NCBI GenBank assembly: GCA_964016885.1
Contig: OZ024750.1
Coordinates: 9,858,001 to 9,922,000 of the forward strand
From: Eledone cirrhosa
Taxonomy: Eukaryota
Length of the DNA: 64,000 bases
Reading direction: 5' to 3'
A program made the position numbers and the translations under genes. Numbering within the stretch: the first letter of the stretch is position 1; each line of letters starts with the position of its first letter. The notes beneath the pieces were generated by a model. That model had not been told where the DNA came from. It worked only from the letters and a program-made list of their open reading frames with translations, and ran no database searches. Positions 57,701 through 64,000 of this stretch are shown in pieces.

Positions 57701-60700
57701 ATTTTACACCTCATTGAACGACTTGGACAGCAAATAACGATGTAAATATGTTTCTTTTGTTTTTTTGTTTTGTATGTTTGATTAACCTGTTACAAGTGTA
57801 TGTTCAATGTTGTAATGGCCAGTCTATATCACAAGTGTATGTTCAATGACCAGTCTATGTTACAAGTGTATGTTCAATGTTGTAATGGCCAGTCTATATC
57901 ACAAGTGTATGTTCAATGACCAGTCTATGTTACAAGTGTATGTTCAATGTTGTAATGACCAGTCTATATATTGACTATTATTTTATGTTATATTGCAGTG
58001 TTCAATGTCGTAATGACCAGTCTATATTTCAAGTGTATGTTCAATGTCGTAATGACCAGTCTATATTTCAAAGTTAACTTTGCCTTTCATCCTTACGGGG
58101 TCGATAAAATAAAGTACCAGTAATGTACTGGGTAATTGCTGGCCTTGTGCCAAAAAGTAGAAACAATTATTTTATGTTATATTGCAGTGTTAATGTCGTA
58201 ATGACCAGTCTATATTTCAAGTGTATGTTCAATGTCGTAATGACCAGTCTATATTTCAAGTGTATGTTCAATGTTGTAATGACCAGTCTATATTTCAAGT
58301 CTATATAATGACTATTATTTTATGTTATATTGCAGTGTTCAATGTTGTAATGACCAGAAATATATAGAAGCCATCATTGATCTTGCCCTGACACTGCTTC
58401 AACAGTTCATCCTTGTTGCTAGTACTTCATTTATTCAGGTAACACTACACCTCTCTCTCTCTCTCTTTATTAAGGTAACACTATACTACCTCTCCCTCTC
58501 TCTCTCTCTCTCTCTAATACCTGATGTTATTGTTGTTGTTTGACACTATACCTGATGTTGTTGTTGTTTATTCCATCTCATCCAAAATCTTTATCTTTTT
58601 TCTTCTTCAGGATTTCTCTCAATTTTTACCACAGATTGTGAAGACTTTGCTGCCATATTGCAGTGGTTTCACCTTCAGTCAAACTGTATGTCCATAGTTA
58701 TTGGTGTTTTATTGACGATAATGAGGATATGTGTGTGTGTGGTAATGATTGTGTGTATGTGTGTTGATTGTTGATGATGTGTGGTGGTGATGATGGTGTG
58801 TATGTGGTGGTAATGATGTGTGTGTGTGGTGGTAATGATTGTATGTGTGATGGTAATAATGTATGGCTGCGTATGTGTGTGTTTTTCTGTAATATTATGT
58901 ATGAACAGTGTGAATGTGTGCTTCTGTGTATGTATGGATATGTGTGTCTTTCTACAATATTATATATGGAACAGTGTGTGTGTGTCAATATGTGTACATG
59001 TGTTTCTGTAATATGTTGGAGTAGTGTATGTGTGTGTCTCAGTTCTGAAATGTTTTATTCTTAAATTTTAGGTCCTCAACCTTTTAGAGTCCCTTATTTT
59101 TAACGATAGTTATGAGAAAGGAATTTCGGAATTGGATCCATTTCCTGAAACCAAAACTCTTGAAAAATTATGTGAAAGGCAAGAATCTCTAAAATATAAA
59201 TTTGGCAAGTTTTCCCTTCAACAGGTGAGTTTATAAGTTCATAATTCTCTACACTCGGGTGGCTTCAATAATCTTTCTATTTATTAATCTGAAAAGAAAC
59301 ATTAACCTTCGTTGGTGTTAAAGAGCAGGAACAAACCTGATGCTCTAATAAATTCTCAGATACTGGTCTAACTCCCATTACTGGCTATAATAGAGTGGTC
59401 TAACTCTCATTACTGGCATACTGGTCTAACTTATTACCAGCCCTGATGTAGTGGTCTAATTCTCATTACTAGTATCACATAACAGTCTGACTTTCGAAAG
59501 TTATATTATCAGAAACAAATGTAATGCATATTATTGGTTTCCACAGGAAATTGAATGGTTTTTGAAAACTGATAAAGATGTGACACTGTACAGAGGCAGC
59601 CGCAGTGTAGAAAGCTTGACATTTCTCCACAAACAACTGAAAAACCACATTGAAAAATTCAGAGATTTAATTCTACAAGGTAACATATCACCATCATCAT
59701 CACTGTTTAACGTCTATTATCCACGCTAGCATGGGTTAGACAGTGTACGTATGTCTACGTATCAATTAATTTTTTCTCAGATTCATGACCCAAATTTTTT
59801 TCCTTTATATTTCTTAGATGGTTCTGAAGATATTGTATGCCAACTGATCCAAGAATTAGCCTGTATAATTCAGAACAAATCTGGTGATGTAGCAGAAATG
59901 GCAGCGCTGTGTCTTGGCCTCATTGGACCAGTTGACCTTTCTCTGTGGACATCATCATCACAACTCAGTCGGAATCTCTACCAGAAACAGTCACAGCTGG
60001 AGAACCTTCCAGTCTATCAAAATAACCTGGAACAACAGAAATATTTCCAGATCATCTACCTGTTGAACCAGTATCTTGTTGATTCCTGGTGAGTTTCCTA
60101 CAGTAAACTACTGCACTTGTCTGTTGTCATCTTCACCATCACCACCACCACCATGTTCACCAGAATTACCAACATCATCTTCATCATCATCACGACCAAC
60201 ACATTCACCAGAATTAGCTACACCACCACCACTACCTTCACCAGTAGAGGAAACTGATGAACACCATCAATACTACCACCTCCCACTGACTGGTAGACCA
60301 TACTACCACCTTCCACTGACTGGTAGACCATACTACCACCTTCCACTGACCACTGGTAGACCATACTACCACCTTCCACTGACTGGTAGACCATACTACC
60401 ACCTTCCACTGACTGGTAGACCATACTACCACCTTCCACTGACCACTGGTAGACCATACTACCACCTTCCACTGACCACTGGTGGACCATACTACCACCT
60501 CCCACTGACCACTGGTAGACCATACTACCACCTTCCACTGACCACTGGTGGACCATACTACCACCTCCCACTGACCACTGGTGGACCATACTACCACCTC
60601 CCACTGACCACTGGTAGACCATACTACCACCTCCCACTGACCACTGGTAGACCATACTACCACCTCCCACTGACCACTGGTGGACCATACTACCACCTTC

Positions 60701-63700
60701 CACTGACCACTGGTGGACCATACTACCACCTTCCACTGACCACTGGTAGACCATACTACCACCTTCCACTGACCACTGGTGGACCATACTACCACCTTCC
60801 ACTGACCACTGGTGGACCATACTACCACCTCCCACTGACGGACCATACTACCACCTCCCACTGACCACTGGTAGACAATACTACCACCTTCCACTGACCA
60901 CTGGTAGACAATACTACCATCTTCCACTGACCACTGGTGGACCATACTACCACCTTCCACTGACCACTGGTGGACCATACTACCACCTCCCACTGACCAC
61001 TGGTGGACCATACTACCACCTCCCACTGACCACTGGTGGACCATACTACCACTGACCACTGGTGGACCAAACTACCACCTCCCACTGACCACTGGTGGAC
61101 AATACTACCACCTTCCACTGACCACTGGTAGACAATACTACCACCTTCCACTGACCACTGGTAGACCATACTACCACCTTCCACTGACCACTGGTAGACC
61201 ATACTACCACCTTCCACTGGTAGACCATACTACCACCTTCCACTGACCACTGGTGGACCATACTACCACCTCCCACTGACCACTGGTGGACAATACTACC
61301 ACCTTCCACTGACCACTGGTAGACCATACTACCACCTTCCACTGACCACTGGTAGACCATACTACCACCTTCCACTGACCACTGGTGGACAATTGTAACT
61401 GTCCATCATGATGGTGTGGAGGAAGGGAGATATCTGTTTCATCTCATCTTTATCTTTTTCAGTATGACCACTGTCCAGTGTGCTGCCCAGGTCCTAAGGT
61501 CGATGTTGTCCACTGGCGCGGGGAGAAAATTCAGGAGGGACTACCTAAAACAAGCCCCTTTCCTCTGCAAGTGTCTCTATCCTTTCCTAAAGGTAAACTA
61601 TGGACCACATTCCTGACAATGACTTCTATTAGCTTCCCTCCAGGTGTAGGTTTATCTCTAATTAAGTCATTCTGTATGTGTGTGTGTGTTTGTGTATATA
61701 TATGTGTGTGTGTGTGTAACTTTATTTCTAATAAAATACATTCTGTCTCAATTAATTAATGACTAAATTTGAAGGATTTACCAAAATTATTATTCCATTG
61801 ATAAGATAACTTAACATATGGTTCTTACATAAAGTTATGGTAGAAACATTAACAACAGACTCCTACATGGTAGAAACATTAACAACAGACTCCTACATGG
61901 TAGAAACATTAACAACAGAACCCTACATGGTAGAAATACTAAGAAAGGGACCTTACACAAACTTACACATCTATGTGGAATCACATTAAAGATGACGTGT
62001 TCATCTTTCTGTGGATAATTTCTATTTTTCCAGAGTAAAGTCCATGGTTTAACAAGGGACTCTACCATCAACATCGACAATGAAAATCTTTGGAACCCCA
62101 GTCATAGTAACCATAGTGATTGGATCAGAAAGCTGACTTGTTCCTTGATCCAGAGTGATGCTGTGAAAGATGAAATGCTGCAGGTTCTTGTACCTGTATG
62201 TCAAGTCAAGGTAAGTCACTCTACACCCTTCTCCTCCTTCTCTTCAACGTCATCATCATCATCATTTAATGTCCATTTTTCCTGCTAGCAAAGGTCGGAT
62301 GTGTATTCAAGCAGAAGTTCGTACCTCTCAGATGGGCCTGGGACCTGCATCTCGCTTACATATGATCATATGATCCTGTACTCTACTAAGTGGATTTTAT
62401 CATGGGACCAACACTGGCGAAGTTGTCATGTCTTTGACACAACTTGAGGGTCCTCCTGACTCTTTGTTTGGAAGGATTTCAATGAATGGGCACCCTTCCT
62501 ATCACCAATCACTTTATAGAGTACTGGGTACATTTATCATGTGGATCACTAACACTGGGGAGGTTGTTATATCATTGACACAACTGAAGAACCCTCACAG
62601 AAAAGCTGATGTAAAACAATGAAGATGGTAGCATTAGCTGAGTCTGTTGCTGTTGGTGTTATGATAATTTTATCATATCTTCCTATTCTTGTTGTAGGAA
62701 TTTATGCCTCACAGACCACCCACCTACTGTCTTTGGGTAGTTTATGACAGATCAACTTTACTGTAAATACTCAAGCCAGTTCCCCAACTAGAGAATAACA
62801 CAGTCTTGCTATATAGTATTGCTTATCTTCCCCAGACAGGTGATCAAAGAGTACACAGGATGATGCAAACATCTAGAGGACACAAGTCTGCACTAGACTT
62901 CCCCCTGCACATACACCTTCCCCATCTTCAGCCTTCATACTTCACCTTGTGCCTATTCCAAATAATCAATACTGTAAATGCTTTAGTGAGTTTTATAACA
63001 AATCATATATCATCATCATCGTTTAACGTCCGTGTTCCATGCTTGCATGGGTTTGGACGGGAGTTTTCCCACTTGAGGCAAGAGTGGTTGTCTTGCTCGC
63101 ATAGGACTGTCTGGCGGGTTTTCTACAGTTGGATGCCCTTCCTAACACCAACCACATTTACAGTGTGGGGCTGGGAGGTTTTTGCCGTGTTGCCTACACG
63201 GCCACATTACAGCGTGGACTGTCTGGCAGGTTTTCTACAGCTGGATGCCCTTCCTAACACCAACCACATTTACAGTGTGGGACTGGGACGTTTTTACCGT
63301 GTTGCCTACACGGTCACATTTACAGCGTGGACTGTGTGTTTTTTTTTTTCATGACACTTACACGATCTCATTTGTTTCGGCCTGGATTTTGTGGCACCAA
63401 CATATAATAATAGTTTCTACTTTTGGCACAAGGCTAGCAATTACCTCAGTGCATTACTGGTACTTTATTTTATTGACTCCGAAAGGATGAAAGGCAAATT
63501 TAACCTCGGCGGGATTTGAACTCAGACCGTAAAGGGCCGTAACTCTATGTCGCAAAGCATGGCGTCCGACCATTTACCGATATTGCCAATCCACCGACCA
63601 AATAATAATAATATTCGATTGGTTTGCAAGCCAACAGCCTCGTTACGCTATGTTTTTTAGATGACCATTTCCATTCTTTTGTTCAATTTCAGACAGAGTT

Positions 63701-63852
63701 CTGTGAGTTAGTTCTGCCATATTTGATCCATGACATCTGTCTCAACCAACAAGACAGAGAAGTTATTCTCACTCAGCATATCAATAATTTCTTTGCTCAA
63801 CATTCTTCTATCTCAAACTCTCCCAATGGAGATGGAACTTCAAAATGTACAG
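36784..63852 (+). CDS. ATM: Serine-protein kinase ATM, 5' part (35 coding exons, ~1,824 aa; gene continues beyond window)
   Basis: Spliced exons all have GT-AG ends and compatible phases. The translation matches human ATM motifs as I recall them: LTASKATERK (TAN motif LxxxKxxE/DR), FQLKIHNPFGARTEEEGA ~ [27 protein letters not shown] ~ ADPYSKW, PNPNPPYY ~ [14 protein letters not shown] ~ LDPFPD, CLGLIGPVD ~ CLGEVGPID, TEFCELVLPYLIHDI ~ TDFCQTVLPYLIHDI. Confidence 0.96.
37575..37667 (+). CDS. ATM: ATM coding exon 2 (ENVVQLRTLLKKK...YWNEILK)
   Basis: tcag acceptor, gtatgt donor, phase 0/0, similar to ATM N-terminus. Confidence 0.85.
38057..38192 (+). CDS. ATM: ATM coding exon 3 (NVIKYVIIESESLRK...FKFVVNTANK)
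   Basis: ctctag / gtaagt; resembles QKYIQKETECLR...LVKYFIKCANR. Confidence 0.9.
38222..38375 (+). mobile_element. Degenerate tRNA-derived SINE (third family)
   Basis: gtgtgattaagaagttt...ggcaagtgtcttctattatagc...gacagaaact, ending in (TA)n. Confidence 0.6.
39071..39270. mobile_element. piggyBac-type MITE, 200 bp
   Basis: 14-bp TIRs CCCTTTAGCATTTA / TAAATGCTAAAGGG flanked on both sides by TTAA. Confidence 0.85.
39314..39478 (+). CDS. ATM: ATM coding exon 4 (GCFLKCEKLVNHI...LLLKNILTTRKY)
   Basis: tttcag / gtaaga; resembles LKCQELLNYI...ILLKDILSVRKY. Confidence 0.9.
39595..39825 (-). mobile_element. LINE apurinic-endonuclease fragment (RTE-like)
   Basis: IIAAGDFNGHVG...HGGYGYGTRNGERTRLLEFC. 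Confidence 0.85.
39983..40148 (+). CDS. ATM: ATM coding exon 5
   Basis: ttccag / gtacag; phase 1/2; open frame FLFVYCDIFQ...FFKRP. Confidence 0.85.
40415..40574 (+). CDS. ATM: ATM coding exon 6
   Basis: tttcag / gtaaat; AVNSRHQMCLLGEAAVPLLLNFW ~ [23 protein letters not shown]. Confidence 0.9.
41016..41120 (+). CDS. ATM: ATM coding exon 7
   Basis: tttcag / gtaaga; FQLKIHNPFGARTEEEGA. Confidence 0.9.
41483..41559 (+). CDS. ATM: ATM coding exon 8
   Basis: Polypyrimidine tract + taag / gtttgt; SHLKKMYEIIHNHL; phases fit neighbours. Confidence 0.75.
41715..42022 (-). mobile_element. RTE-clade LINE fragment (same family as 16392-17175), ATM intron 8
   Basis: Reverse strand encodes LEFADDMVLL (RT catalytic motif), then GMKISVAKTE...LKQVEKIKY. 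Confidence 0.88.
42143..42209 (+). CDS. ATM: ATM coding exon 9
   Basis: ctacag / gtatgt; LAQFAADLYHQ ~ LIELMADICHQ. Confidence 0.85.
42383..42525 (+). CDS. ATM: ATM coding exon 10 (putative NLS AKRQRL)
   Basis: gccag / gtaaga; KRQRLESG...VIPW ~ KRKKIELG...LVPW. Confidence 0.9.
42732..42839 (+). CDS. ATM: ATM coding exon 11
   Basis: ttctag / gtaagt; WLQLMQCLLERHP...PLLQVL. Confidence 0.9.
42880..43186. repeat. Degenerate ~38-bp minisatellite with palindromic units
   Basis: ctaacaacactgttgctaatagcaacactctattacca units. Confidence 0.85.
43691..43792 (+). CDS. ATM: ATM coding exon 12
   Basis: aag acceptor / gtgagt; MWNKVWDNCLR ~ LWNKIWCITFR. Confidence 0.8.
43822..45770. repeat. 24-bp minisatellite (tttcactgtacatatgatatcatc), ~80 copies, ATM intron 12
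   Basis: Directly visible; 21- and 18-bp variant units. Confidence 0.98.
45887..46541 (+). CDS. ATM: ATM coding exon 13 (655 nt)
   Basis: ttacag / gtaagt; KISLRQCQDSNFRLM...EDIWKFF...LRKALIDWLL. Confidence 0.9.
47231..47566 (+). CDS. ATM: ATM coding exon 14
   Basis: ctctag / gtaaat; 336-nt open frame, phase 0/0. Confidence 0.8.
47718..47768 (+). ncRNA. Type I hammerhead ribozyme motif in ATM intron 14
   Basis: ggcttc-CTGATGA-tttctcccaaat-GAAA-cag-ttctagtc-ctg-TA-gaagcc: 6-bp stem I, 4-bp stem III, GUA triplet, weak stem II. Confidence 0.7.
47951..47986 (-). ncRNA. Minimal (Penelope-type) hammerhead motif
   Basis: Minus strand tctt-CTGATGA-a-ggac-tagt-gtct-GAAA-cg-TT-aaga; palindromic AACGTT in stem III position. 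Confidence 0.6.
48180..48502. repeat. 21/23-bp minisatellite (ctatgttacctgtattatattaa)
   Basis: Directly visible. Confidence 0.92.
48542..48683 (+). CDS. ATM: ATM coding exon 15 (acidic linker)
   Basis: tttcag / gtgggt; FDDDIFDEEDD lies at the position of ATM's acidic loop. Confidence 0.8.
49110..49283 (-). mobile_element. Second tRNA-derived SINE family (CORE-like)
   Basis: Reverse strand: ggaggcacatggcttagtggttagagc (A box)...gagttcaattc (B box)...ccttgagcaagacactt. A head-only copy lies at ~40295-40362. Confidence 0.75.
49668..49846 (+). CDS. ATM: ATM coding exon 16
   Basis: tttcag / gtaagt; MKLLCL...LDCTKSFHLQM ~ MLKFLCL...LEPTKSLHLHM. Confidence 0.9.
50433..50515 (+). CDS. ATM: ATM coding exon 17
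   Basis: tgacag / gtaaga; phases fit neighbours. Confidence 0.8.
51241..51402 (+). CDS. ATM: ATM coding exon 18
   Basis: cttcag / gtaagt; ENRDNALQLFKAIW ~ DAQGQFLTVIGAFW. Confidence 0.88.
51974..52049 (+). CDS. ATM: ATM coding exon 19
   Basis: tatcag / gttggt; KKYNSTVRLSLATCL ~ RKYIFSVRMALVNCL. Confidence 0.9.
52401..52592 (+). mobile_element. tRNA-derived SINE (central gccgaggtcaactttgcctttcatcc...gtaccag domain, Meta/MESC-like)
   Basis: B-box GTTCAAATCC. Related copies at ~9235-9390, 10513-10740, 22062-22195, 23415-23572, 33340-33430, 52187-52390 and 58073-58169 (+), and 33597-33817, 34797-34978 and 63409-63598 (-). Family name is from memory. Confidence 0.85.
52974..53104 (+). CDS. ATM: ATM coding exon 20
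   Basis: tttcag / gtttgt; IDPESKW...YLTDPCFQIR. Confidence 0.92.
53318..53429 (+). CDS. ATM: ATM coding exon 21
   Basis: ttgcag / gtaaaa; LF...QQQSSFLDVY ~ LF...LQQTAFENAY. Confidence 0.85.
54192..54341 (+). CDS. ATM: ATM coding exon 22
   Basis: tttcag / gtaaga; CSCPLYEHKAI...FVKK ~ SCSPICEKQAL...LVKK. Confidence 0.9.
54405..54570. repeat. ~32-bp tandem repeat
   Basis: cacctcatcatctcaccagagggacagtatta units. Confidence 0.85.
54842..55002 (+). CDS. ATM: ATM coding exon 23
   Basis: tttcag / gtaagt; HLPFLVNKWL...FPYQLL...DFY. Confidence 0.92.
55650..55905 (+). CDS. ATM: ATM coding exon 24
   Basis: ttgcag / gtaagt; LLVHILPYLA ~ ILVNILPYFA. Confidence 0.92.
56087..56166 (+). CDS. ATM: ATM coding exon 25
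   Basis: poly-T cag / gtaagt; IPDFIVRLLLCL ~ LPEIVVELLMTL. Confidence 0.9.
56663..56792 (+). repeat. 34-bp tandem repeat x4 spanning the exon 26 acceptor
   Basis: tttattgtttcag|tgttgttacaccaaaccct units; AGs end at 56671, 56705, 56739 and 56773. Confidence 0.95.
56774..56915 (+). CDS. ATM: ATM coding exon 26 (5' boundary ambiguous, see findings)
   Basis: PNPNPPYYKKDVILATLTYL ~ [20 protein letters not shown]; donor gtaagt. Confidence 0.88.
57524..57741 (+). CDS. ATM: ATM coding exon 27
   Basis: tttcag / gtaaat; DHFWKILL...YQLFVDLLL ~ DSYQKILL...YHLFVSLLL. Confidence 0.92.
57788..58357 (+). repeat. ~36-bp tandem repeat related to the exon 28 5' end, interrupted by a SINE fragment
   Basis: tgttcaatgtygtaatgaccagtctatatttcaagtgta units. 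Confidence 0.9.
58336..58438 (+). CDS. ATM: ATM coding exon 28 (boundaries duplicated, see findings)
   Basis: ttgcag / gtaaca; phase 2/0 fits neighbours. Confidence 0.8.
58611..58685 (+). CDS. ATM: ATM coding exon 29
   Basis: cttcag / gtatgt; LPQIVKTLLP ~ LHVIVGTLIP. Confidence 0.85.
59072..59224 (+). CDS. ATM: ATM coding exon 30
   Basis: ttttag / gtgagt; VLNLLESL...LDPFPE...KYKFGKFSL. Confidence 0.93.
59547..59679 (+). CDS. ATM: ATM coding exon 31
   Basis: ccacag / gtaaca; EIEWFL...ESLTFLHKQL ~ EINHFL...EGLKDLRRQL. Confidence 0.9.
59818..60088 (+). CDS. ATM: ATM coding exon 32
   Basis: tcttag / gtgagt; AALCLGLIGPVDLS. Confidence 0.93.
60270..61392. repeat. 33-bp minisatellite (ccatactaccacctyccactgaccactggtrga), ATM intron 32
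   Basis: Directly visible; 30-bp variants at the 5' end. Confidence 0.97.
61463..61592 (+). CDS. ATM: ATM coding exon 33
   Basis: tttcag / gtaaac; AAQVLRSMLSTGAG...LYPF ~ AAVTCLKNILATKTG...LQPF. Confidence 0.92.
61838..61937. repeat. 30-bp tandem repeat x3+
   Basis: atggtagaaacattaacaacagactcctac. Confidence 0.9.
62034..62210 (+). CDS. ATM: ATM coding exon 34
   Basis: ttccag / gtaagt; NLWNPSHSNHSDWIRKLTC ~ NLWIPLSENHDIWIKTLTC. Confidence 0.94.
63010..63400 (-). mobile_element. Abundant dispersed repeat with (GAT)n tail (likely RTE-dependent SINE or LINE 3' end)
   Basis: catcatcatcgtttaacgtcc...gcatgggtt...ggatgcccttcctaac. Related copies at ~32310-32560, 36900-37220, 38500-38780, 43240-43620, 49370-49625, 51420-51640, 53855-54040, 55050-55290 and 62250-62620, in both orientations. 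Confidence 0.7.
63409..63598 (-). mobile_element. SINE, same subfamily as 52401-52592, reverse strand
   Basis: Reverse complement aligns along its full length with 52401-52592. Confidence 0.85.
63693..63852 (+). CDS. ATM: ATM coding exon 35
   Basis: tttcag / gtcagt; TEFCELVLPYLIHDI. Confidence 0.93.
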
Positions 63853-64000
63853 GTCAGTAGTGTTGCTACTCTATCACTATTACATCACAGGGATAACTGA
63901 GTGTGTGTGAGTGGTGTGAGAGGTGTGTGTGTAATAACTGAATGTGTGATAGGTGTGTTTGTGTGTGTGTATTTATGTAATCATACATCATCGTCATCAT

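Noticed and set aside
60076-61392. Repetitive ORFs (PYYHLPLTTGR, VVWSTSGQW)
   Set aside because: 33-bp intronic minisatellite with several frame breaks
60470-61392. Chi-like CTGGTGG in the minisatellite
   Set aside because: Only 7 of 8 bases match, and Chi is a bacterial RecBCD signal with no role here

Overview
AT-rich animal genomic DNA, rich in microsatellites and SINEs. The repeat families suggest an octopus or other coleoid cephalopod (inference from recalled repeat families, not verified). Bases 1-31 kb hold no recognisable coding exon and end at a + strand poly(A)-signal-like site near 30,880, so they may be a very long 3' UTR or intergenic DNA. A decayed mariner transposase and a SINE cluster follow. 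From 36,784 to the window end is the 5' part of an ATM (ataxia-telangiectasia mutated, PIKK kinase) gene on the + strand. I reconstructed 35 GT-AG, phase-compatible coding exons by hand (5,473 nt, about 1,824 aa), covering the TAN motif and HEAT-repeat region; the FAT and kinase exons lie beyond the window. Almost all long ORFs in the supplied track are microsatellite or minisatellite artefacts. The most notable extras are: (i) a hammerhead-ribozyme motif on the sense strand of ATM intron 14, facing a second minimal hammerhead on the opposite strand, with decayed relatives elsewhere; (ii) tandem duplications that copy ATM splice sites (4 acceptors for exon 26; extra acceptors, a 36-nt pseudo-exon and a duplicated donor for exon 28); (iii) inverted intronic repeats that could form dsRNA; (iv) a distinct minisatellite in many introns.
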